This document shows positions 1 to 11,100 of a stretch of 64,000 bases of DNA, one piece after another. Each line of letters opens with the position of its first letter. Position 1 is the first letter of the stretch. The position numbers were made by a program, and so were the translations under genes. The notes under the pieces are model-generated. The model saw nothing but the letters and a program-made list of their open reading frames with translations, made no database searches and was not told the DNA's origin. The stretch comes from Ylistrum balloti (Eukaryota): assembly GCF_031769215.1 (NCBI RefSeq), contig NW_026782260.1, positions 2,666,001-2,730,000 on the forward strand, in the 5' to 3' direction.

Positions 1-455
1 TTTCACAAAAAGCATATCAATCTTTTTTTAAAATACTAGACACATTTACTTAAGATCCACTGCAGTCAGTGTGACAGCAATTATAATGTTGATAAAGGTT
101 ATTAATGAATACATTGCTGTTTGTGGATAATGACCTGACTGTAGAGACTAATGAGACGCCTCCAAGCTCTGTCCTAAGTATATTGTGATACCAGTTACAA
201 CAGAGAAAACAACAATTATACATTTACATGTATGTGATGTATGTTCTAAAACATGTATGTTATGTGTGCCCCCACACTTTATGGTGAATGCCCTCACTCT
301 TAGTTTATATATGTTGCCTCAGGCTTATTTGTATAGTGTGTGCCTTAACTATTTTAGATATCTGCCCCCTCAATTATATGTTTGATGTGTGACTTAGCAA
401 TTCATGATGCTACTGTATATGCTCTCACATTTCGTATCTGATTTGTGTCTTCACT

Positions 456-1704
456 TTTTACATCACCCGAGTCTCAAGTGACATATTACAATCACTTTTT
501 ATCGAGTGTCATGCAACATAAACAATTTACATTTTCGACTTCTTCTCAATAACCAAAAGGCCCAGGGTCATAGTATTGGGCCAGTAGCATGCTGGGATGA
601 AGGGCTAAGAAATTTGTTCTAATGAATGATCTTGATTTACTTTCAAGGTCACAGGAGTCAATTGTGCTGAAATCTTTAATTGACTTCTTCTCAGTAACCA
701 AAAGGCCCAGGGTCATGGTATTGGGCCAGTAGCATGCTGGGATGAAGGGCTAAGAAATTTGTTCATATGAATGATCTTGACCTACTTTCAAGGTTACAGG
801 GATCAAATAAGCTGTAATCTTCAAATGACATTTTCTCAATAACAAACAGGTCCAGGGACTTAATATTGGCTCTGTAGCATACTGGTATGAGGGGGTTACA
901 AAATTTGTTAAAATGAATGACTCTGACCTTAAGTTAAGGTCCGAGGGTTCAAATATGCTGAAATCTTCAAAAACTTCTTCACAATAACTGAGAGGCCCAC
1001 AGACCTGATATTGGGTCTGTAGCGTTTTGAAATGAAGGGCTATCAAGTTTAATTAAATGAATGCCCTCGAACTTTATGCAAGGTCACATGGGTCAAATAT
1101 GCTGAAATCTTTAAATGATACTTTCTCAATAACGAAGAGGTCCAGGGACTTCATATTAGCTCTGCTGCACGCTTGTATGATTGGCTTCAAAATTTTTGAA
1201 ATTAATGACTTTGACCTTAATTCAAGGTCAGAGGGTTCAAATAATCTGAAATCTTTAAAAACTTCTTCTTAATAACTGAGTGGCCTGCAGACCTGATATT
1301 GGGTCTGTAGCATTTTGGGATGAAAGTCTCTCAATTTTATTTAAATCTTGACCTTCATTCAAGGTCACAGGGGTCAAATATGCTGAAATTTTCAGATGAC
1401 ATTTTCTCAATAACAAAGAGGTCAAGGGACTTTATATTGGCTCTGTAGCAAGCTGGTATGAGGGGCCACAACTTTTGTTCAAATGATTGATTTTGACCTT
1501 AATTCAAGATCAGAGGGTTCAAATATGCTGAAATCTTCAAAAACTTCCTCACAATAACACAGAGGCCAACAGACCTGATATTGGGTCGGAAGCATTTTGG
1601 GATGAAGGGTTATCAAGTTTAATTAAATGAATGACCTTGACCTTCATTTTCCTCAAACCATAAAGGGACCTCAGGTGACCATTAAGGACTCATGGGCCTC
1701 TTGT
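456..1704 (+). mobile_element. Non-autonomous Helentron/HINE-type element with about 8 central ~145-bp tandem units
   Basis: 5' CATCACCCGAG...TAAACAATTTACATTTTCGACTTCTTCTC, internal repeats with GACCTT...TCAAGGTCA, and 3' TCAGGTGA...CATGGGCCTCTTGT. This is the recalled layout of bivalve Helentron-derived elements. Confidence 0.65.
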
Positions 1705-2182
1705 ATATAGTGTGTGCCCTCGCATGTATGTGTATGTATGCCCTCACACTTTCTCTGTGATTTGTGTCTTCACTTTCTGTATATGATGTGTGCCCTCTCA
1801 CACCTGTGTATATGATGTGTACCCTCACACTTTGTATCTGATTTGTGTTTTTACTTTCTGTATATGATGTGTGCCCTTTCACACTTGTGCATATGTGTGC
1901 TCTCACAATTGCTGCTGTAGCAAGTCATGTGTAGTTGGATTAAACAGATAAAATCATTCTGACATTAATGAATTAATGATGTATTACATACATATTGAAA
2001 TAAGTTTACCATATATTGGAAGGTACATTGAATGCAAACTTAATCCCTGGCATACAGGTTGTCGATTATCATAATAAAATTAACAATCCACAGATATAAA
2101 CACGTTTACAGTACCATATAGTCTATTAATCTACCATGATAAAAATCATGTTGTTTCACTTGCTTTATGATTTTCTTTTCAG

Positions 2183-5100
2183 TTTAAAAAAGTGCATTGC
2201 TGTCGGGATGTCTCGAGATGGTATGTATACAAATGTACATAATACTGGTAATGACTGTGCCACAGACTATGGGCCCCCTTGATTCAGAAGACCATTATAC
2301 AGTGGCCTCCTTGAATCAGGAGCACTCTTAAATTGGTCCCCCAGTTTCAGGAGGCAACTAAATACTATTGGACCCTTGATTTAGAAGACCGCTAGAGGCT
2401 TGAAACTGAATAAATTTGTCATGTTAATGGAAATAATAAGCAGTCTACACTGATGTTGACAAGTTTACACTGTTTGGTATACTAATTTTATACTCGTGTT
2501 CACAGCTGTGCGGTTTGGCCGGGTTCCCAAAAAGGAAAAGGCACGAATCATCGAACAGATGCAGAAAATGAATTCACAGACTCCTACACATCAACTTAGT
2601 GGTGTCCTTCAGAATCCACTAGACCTTGTACAGCATGTGATAAACGCACACAGACAGACGTGTGCCTTCACACTTGACCGTGTAAAGACCATGCGCCAGG
2701 CAGCATTGCAGACGGGCGAGTTTGTCAACTGTCCTGCTCAAATGGTCAGTGTTTCTTCTGTAATGCGCTTATAGACATTCTTTTTACTTTCTTGTGTTAC
2801 CCTTCTTCAGCAACTGTGAGTGTTAGTCATCTACTTGTTCTGTCCTAGGTCCCTGTACTAGTGTGTGTTAGTTATCTACTTGTTCTGTCCTAGGTCCCTG
2901 TACTAGTGTGTGTTAGTTATCTACTTGTTCTGTCCTAGGTCCCTGTACTAGTGTGTTAGTTATCTACTTGTGTGTGTTAGTTATCTACTTGTTCTGTCCT
3001 AGGTCCCTGTACTAGTGTGTGTTAGTTATCTACTTGTTCAGTCCTAGGTCCCTGTATTAGTGTGTGTTAATTATCTACTTGTTCTGTCCCAGGTCCCTGT
3101 ACTAGTGTGTGTTAGTTATCTACTTGTTCTGTCCTAGGTCCCTGTACTAGTGTGTGTTAGTTATCTACTAGTGTGTGTTGTTCTGTCCTAGGTCCCTGTA
3201 CTAGTGTGTGTTAGTTATCTACTTGTTCTGTCCTAGGTCCCTGTACTAGTGTGTGTTAGTTATCTACTTGTTCTGTCCTAGGTCCCTGTACTAGTGTGTG
3301 TTAGTTATCTACTTGTTCTGTCCTAGGTCCCTGTACTAGTGTGTGTTAGTTATCTACTTGTTCTGTCCTAGGTCAGTGTACAGTGTACTAGTGTGTGTTA
3401 GTTATCTACTTGTTCTGTCCTAGGTCTGTACTAGTGTGTGTTAGTTATCTACTTGTTCTGTCCTAGGTCCCTGTACTAGTGTGTTAGTTATCTACTTGTT
3501 CTGTCCTAGGTCCCTGTACTAGTGTGTGTTAGTTATCTACTTGTTCTGTCCTAGGTCCCTGTACTAGTGTGTGTTAGTTATCTACTTGTTCTGTCCTAGG
3601 TCCCTGTACTAGTGTGTGTTAGTTATCTACTTGTTCTGTCCTAGGTCCCTGTACTAGTGTGTGTTAGTTATCTACTTGTTCAGTCCTAGGTCCCTAGTGT
3701 GTGTTAGTTATCTACTTATTCTGTCCTAGGTCCCTGTACTAGTGTGTGTTAGTTATCTACTTGTTCTGTCCTAGGTCCCTGTACTAGTGTGTGTTAGTTA
3801 TCTACTTGTTCAGTCCTAGGTCCCTGTACTAGTGTGTGTTAGTTATCTACTTGTTCTGTCCTAGGTCCCTGTACTAGTGTGTGTTAGTTATCTACTTGTT
3901 CTGTCCTAGGTCCCTGTACTAGTGTGTGTTAGTTATCTACTTGTTCTGTCCTAGGTCTAGTGTGTGTTGTACTAGTGTGTGTTAGTTATCTACTTGTTCT
4001 GTCCTAGGTCCCTGTACTAGTGTGTGTTAGTTATCTACTTGTTCTGTCCTAGGTCCCTGTACTAGTGTGTGTTAGTTATCTACTTGTTCTGTCCTAGGTC
4101 CCTGTACTAGTGTGTGTTAGTTATCTACTTGTTCTGTCCTAGGTCCCTGTACTAGTGTGTGTTAGTTATCTACTTGTTCTGTCCTAGGTCCCTGTACTAG
4201 TGTGTGTTAGTTATCTACTTGTTCTGTCCTAGGTCAGTGTACTAGTGTGTTAGTTATCTACTTGTTCTGTCCTAGGTCAGTGTACTAGTGTGTGTTAGTT
4301 ATCTACTTGTTCTGTCCTAGGTCCCTGTACTAGTGTGTGTTAGTGTACTAGTGTGTGTTAGTTATCTACTTGTTCTGCCCTAGGTCCCTGTACTAGTGTG
4401 TGTTAGTTATCTACTTTTTCTGTCCTAGGTCCCTGTACTAGTGTGTGTTAGTTATCTACTTGTTCAGTCCTAGGTCAGTGTACTGTGTGTGTTAGTTATC
4501 TACTTGTTCTGTCCTAGGTCAGTGTACTGTGTGTGTTAGTTATCTACTTGTTCTGTCCTAGGTCCCTGTATTAGTGTGTGTTAGTTATCTACTTGTTCTG
4601 TCCTAGGTCCCTGTACTAGTGTGTGTTAGTTATCTACTTGTTCTGTCCTAGGTCCCTGTACTAGTGTGTGTTAGTTATCTACGTGTTCTGTCCTAGGTCC
4701 CTGTACTGTGTGTGTTAATTATCCCTGTCTGTTACTGATGTTAATTCTTACTTTTCCAGGCTTGTCCACTCAATGTTAACCTTGCTACAGATCCTAATGA
4801 CAACTGCTGGGAAGAGTTCTCAGAATTTTTTTCACCAGCCATTAAGTCAGTTGTTGATTTTGCCAAAGCCATTCCAGGGTTTGCCCTTTTGAATTCAGAT
4901 GACCAAGTTACATTGCTCAAGGTAGGTTTAACAATTTTGAACTTTGACACTCTTTCGGGGATTTAAATTTTACTGATTCTATAACTAATGATAAAATAAA
5001 TTATTTAGGATGTGAAATTTAGCCTGTAAGAGTCTACTGATACTGTTCCTGTGTACAAAAAAGAAGTATTTTCCTGTTTATAAGTATTGAACTTGTTCAG

Positions 5101-8100
5101 ATATAGCGGGCATCAGTAATCTCACAGCTATATTCTTTGACGAGATAGGTCACCTGAGACAAAGTCACATGGTGACCAATTCTAATCTCCTTCATCTGGT
5201 GTCATGCGTCCGTAAACAATTTAACATTTTTGACTTCTTCCTGAAAAGCCCTGATTTAATTTCAATGAAAATTTTACAGAACCCTTCACTAGCTTAAGAT
5301 GAACCAATATTGTGAATTATACAGCCTTCTTGGGGACATATATTTTCTTAAGACTTTAATTGAAGAAATGTATTTTTGAGGATAACATTGGTTATTTCCC
5401 ACTAGAAATAACTGTATAAGAATTATCAGTGAAGGAGAACAGTTCTGATGGAGTGCATATGTTGACACTGTCAATATTAAGTGTCACAATTTCTGTTTCA
5501 TGACACTTGATAACTATCCTTTAACCTTTATATTCATTATCGCTTATCTCAGGTGACTGTCAAGGCCGCTAGGCCTCTTGTTGTAATTCTAACTCACAAC
5601 TATTTCCTTCGACAAGTGGAGATAATTATCCTCACAGCTACATCATTTGAAAAGTGGAAATCATTACATTAATTTGATTGTAGGCATCAACATTTGAGGT
5701 GCTTCTGGTGCGATTTGCTGCCCTGTTTGATCCTGATACAAACACCATGTTGTTCACATGTGGCAAACTATTCAAACGACATCCATCTACAGTAAGTAAA
5801 CAGGTGCCCTGCAGTTTGTGAGAACAGCTTGTTTGCTAATTTAAATTAGTCTCCATGCTGATATAAAGTATAATCTATCACAAGATTCTGGATGAGATTT
5901 CCTGAAGTGAAGAAACTCAATTTTGTATGAAGGAAGGGCAAGGTCCCCTTGTAAACAGTTGTGGGGCAAAGTAGGGAAATAGAGGTAGAGTTTTATAATC
6001 AATTCATGCCTTGTTTGGATAAAACCAAAAATAAGCCATATCTGGTTTGGACTGTCTTTCGGTGAAAAAGACTTAGATTTTTTCTAAATGTTAACTTGAG
6101 CTTTACTGGGAGAAGACGGGTATGGACCTCAAAGAGGCACATGAGAAAGACCCTCAACATTGGGCACAGTGGTAGGACCCTCACTTGGGGCACAGAAAGA
6201 GGGCCCTCAGTGGGGATAAATGTGTAGGACCCTCACTTTTGGAACAGGAGTTGGATCCTCACTGGGGATCCCTTAATGAAAAGGAAAAGGACCCACACTT
6301 AGGGATTTAGGAATAGGACCCTCACTTTGGGATATACGAATAGGACCCTCACTTAGGGATATAGGAATAGGACCCTCACTTTGGGATATAGGAATAGGAC
6401 CCTCACTTTGGGATATAGGAATAAGACCCTCACTTTGGGATATCGGAATAGGACCCTCACTTAGGGATATCGGAATAGGACCCTCACTTAGGGATATAGG
6501 ACTAGGACCCTCACTTTGGGATATAGGAATAGGACCCTCACTTAGGGATATCGGAATAGGACCCTCACTTTGGGATATAGGACTAGGACCCTCACTTTGG
6601 GATATAGAACTAGGACCCTCATTTAGGGATATACGAATAGGACCCTCACTTTGGGATATAGGACTAGGACCCTCACTTTGGGATATAGGAATAGGACCCT
6701 CACTTAGGGATAGAGGAATAGGACCCTCACTTAGGGATATAGGAATAGGACCCTCACTTTGGGATATAGGAATAAGACCCTCACTTTGGGATATCGGAAT
6801 AGGACCCTCACTTTGGGATATAGGACTAGGACCCTCACTTTGGGATATAGGAATAGGACCCTCACTTAGGGATAGAGGAATAGGACCCTCACTTAGGGAT
6901 ATAGGAATAGGACCCTCACTTTGGGATATAGGAATAAGACCCTCACTTTGGGATATCGGAATAGGACCCTCACTTTGGGATATAGGACTAGGACCCTCAC
7001 TTTGGGATATAGGAATAGGACCCTCACTTAGGGATAGAGGAATAGGACCCTCACTTTGGGATCTAGGACTAGGACCCTCACTTAGGGATATAGGAATAGG
7101 ACCCTCACTTTGGGATATAGGAATAAGACCCTCACTTTGGGATATCGGAATAGGACCCTCACTTAGGGATATCGGAATAGGACCCTCACTTAGGGATATA
7201 GGAATAGGACCCTCACTTAGGGATATAGGAATAGGACCCTCACTTAGGGATATCGGAATAGGACCCTCACTTTGGGATATAGGACTAGGACCCTCACTTT
7301 GGGATCTAGGACTAGGACCCTCATTTAGGGATATCGGAATAGGACCCTCACTTTGGGATATAGGACTAGGACCCTCACTTTGGGATCTAGGACTAGGACC
7401 CTCATTTAGGGATATCGGAATAGGACCCTCACTTTGGGATATAGGACTAGGACCCTCACTTTGGGATATAGGAATAAGACCCTCACTTTGGGATATACGA
7501 ATAGGACCCTCACTTAGGGATATCGGAATAGGACCCTCACTTTGGGATATACGAATAGGACCCTCACTTTGGGATATAGGAATAGGACCCTCACTTGGGG
7601 CACAGGAGTAGGACCCAATAAGGGAAGTAGAGGGAATTCTTTTTAAAATCATTATTTCATTTTGATAAGATTTGGTGTTGACCATCCATTACTGTATCCC
7701 TTCTCCAAGGGATGGAGAGTAAGGATCCAGTAGGAGAAAGATCAGTTTGTTCAGAAAATAAATTTTTTGTCTAGAGAATTTTTGAGGAAATCATTTTCCT
7801 ATAAAAATAGAGTATGATTGTGCATTGTAATTAACCTTGTAATTAACCTTGTGATTGCAGGTGACCACTAGTGCTGGTTTTCTGCTAGATTCTATGTTTG
7901 ACTTTGCGGAGCGTTTCAACAAGCTCAACTTGACAGATGATGAGATTGCCCTGTTTTCTGCTGTTGTTCTCTTATCTCCAGGTAAATTTATTAAAAGTTT
8001 GAAATTTTGGCTTTCCTATAAAAATTTGTAACAATTTCACCTCATGAAAACACTTCAATAAATACTGAGGAATGGTATATGGTATTTATACATGAAACAC

Positions 8101-11100
8101 AGTTTCTGTTTGGTTTTGGTTTTACTATTCTGAAATGGTAGACATTTGAAATACTACAAATAGCCCATGTTAAACTTTTGTCTTTGTAGACACAGATCTT
8201 TGTCAAATTGAAGTTACCTAACAATACATAAATACTGGTATGACATAAGTTCTGTCTGGAACTCCAGCTGGCATTTGAGGTGTTTCTAACATTTCTTGAG
8301 TTTGACATTGTAGAATATGTTACCACTACTAGAGTATATATATACATAACAGTATATGCATTAATAGAGAAAAACAGTTCTATACCATTTACAGTTTATG
8401 TAGATCAACATTTCAAGTGCTTTAAAAGGCTCCTTGGGGATTTCTCTTCTTGGGGATTTCTCTCCTTGGGGATTTCTCATTGTAATATGCTTATGTGAAA
8501 AATTCTCAAGTTAGTGGAAAGTTCATGACCTTGACTCTGACTTTTTTTCAATAAATCAGCAACATTTTACAAACAATATCCCTGAAGTCCTGGTATTTTT
8601 GCTGGTGTTGAGGGCTGTTGGGATTTCCTCAAAGAGATATAGACAACTGTAGATTTTAGGATAAGTGTTAAATTCTCACATACTGTGAAGTGCTTTTACA
8701 TAAATATGACATGTGTTTCAGACCGCCCTGGGCTAAGGAACCTGGAGCAGATTGAGAAGATTCAGACAAAGTTAACAGAAAGCCTGCAGACCATCATCAA
8801 CACTAACCACATGCACGACAACACATTGTTTGCCAAACTACTGATGAAAACCACAGATCTGCGTACCCTTAACACTCTCCACTCTGAGAAATCTCTGGGT
8901 ACGTAGAAATGAATTCTTGGTATTCATTTCATTCTCCTCATCCCCTTATCCTTACCATCATCTCATTACCAGGTCAGACTAGTCAATAATTTAAACATTT
9001 GTCCAGGTCAGACTAGACCATGATGTAAAAATGATTTTTTTGTCCAGGTCAGACTAGATGTTGATGTAGAAATGATTTTTTTGTCCAGGTCAGACTAGAC
9101 GATGAAGTACAAATAATCTATTTGTCCAGGTCAGACTAGACGATGATGTAGAAATAATCTATTTGTCCAGGTCAGATTAGACGATGATGTAGAAATGATC
9201 TATTTGATATTTGTCAAGGTCAGACTACACAATAATATAAATATGTTTTTTTCTTTTGTTCAGGTCAGGCATGCCAGGGTGTTGACGGAACAGAGAGTGA
9301 CCCTATGGATTTAAAAGCTAACCTACAGGAGGCTATTGATTCCAGGTAACAATGTGGCTTAGCTTATCACTGTCAAACACACCGTCAATTCTGTTACAGC
9401 ATTTCCAGAATAATTTTTATCAATGTAATAGAGTATGAGAACTATAGTTGCTATATCCAAACCCTCAATATCAATATTCCACCTTGTAAATATTTTTTCT
9501 TTCAGTTTTTGCAATGCAAAATCATAGCATCTTTTGTTTTTTTTTAACATTTCGTATAAAAGGATATCCTATATATTTACTACTTGTTTGTCTTCAGATT
9601 TTGAGATTGATCGAAAGAGAAAAGTGGCTGCAGTATGAAATTGTAATACATACCCTTGGCACTGCTTGTAGATGTGTTTGTTATTATCATAACTGTGTGT
9701 CCTTCTAGATCTGAGGGTTCTTCACCATCCGAGCCATCATTAAGTGCCCCAGGTTATGAGCCGTCAGTGGAGATCAGTGGGGCCCCAGTCTTGCCTCTTC
9801 GTGGTCCTGCCGACATGCAGGGACATCAACAGCAGGTTGTGCTCAAAACACCATACGGAACCTTCTACCGTGAAGAGAGTTTCTATGGGCTTGTTCCGGA
9901 TCCTCCTCGACGCCGCTGTCACACCCTTGATCGGGAAACTGTATCACGGCCTCGGTTACATACCATTGAGGAGGGAAGTAGACGAAGAAACACTTTAGAT
10001 AGAGACTATATAAATAAAATGGTAAACAAATTGAGTGATAAGTTAGAGAAACGAGCTGCCATACACGGGGATAGCATGCCACCGTCCATCTGTAACAGTG
10101 CTGCCAGTAGTCCTATTCCCGAGGAGTATCAACATTATCTAAATCGTAACCATGAGTTTATACCCATATCAACGCCTGCTGATTCAAGTGCTTGTAGCTC
10201 TCGGGCAAGTCCACAGATGAATCGTGACATGCTCTTGTCGCGGGACACAGTAATGAACCGTGACACACTACTTCCTTACGGTTCATCACCAAGTTCTCCA
10301 AACCCTCGTTCTCGCTCAGGTTCAATGGGTGCGGATGACTTTGGTAATCGCAGACGCTGTTACAGTTTCCACATGAATAGTGAGGGTAGAGCATCACGTG
10401 GGAACACACAGCAGCAGCAAATGCCTGTTAATTACCAACAGGATCAAGACAGGCTCTCATCAGAAGACTTCAACACCACATTGATGCCAGACATGAGACG
10501 AGGAAGTATTGGAGCTTCCTACAATCTCCATGCAAGGAAGAAGTCCCTTTTAGTTGACCGCCACCCTGCGTACTTGTCACGACTCTCTGACTCGATAAAG
10601 AAAAAGACTGAACAACATCACTTGATGGCTGATCTGACATCCTCTACACAGGTAAGGGAGATAACTTCAGTCCTAATCAGGCATTGTCTGCAAAGGTAAG
10701 GGAGATATCTTCAGGGTTAATCTGACATTGTCTACACAGGTAAGGGAGTTAACTTCAGAGTTAATCTAATTTTGTCGACACAGGTAAGGGAGATAATTTC
10801 ATGGTTAAACTGACAATAAAAATCTAGATGGGTATAACATTAATGAACACTTTGTTATGGAATTTGTTCACTCATTAGATGTCATTTGAGTCTTGTGTAT
10901 TTTATTACAATAGGCTGTTCACATGGGTGCTGACAACAGTGCATTTGACAATGTATCATCCATCCGAATCCCTGTCCCCTGTCGTCCACAACAGTGGCCT
11001 ACACCGTCCAAGCCAGCAGAGCACTGCCAAGAGGAGTCCAAAGAGGCTGTTGAGGAGCCCACATCACCGATGGCTACTGATCAGTGTGAAGATGAGAACC

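Noticed and set aside
6273-7685. 470-aa antisense ORF of SEGPIPISQ repeats
   Set aside because: It is a by-product of a 27-bp unit with no stop in one frame, lying antisense inside an E75 intron, with no domain or splice support.
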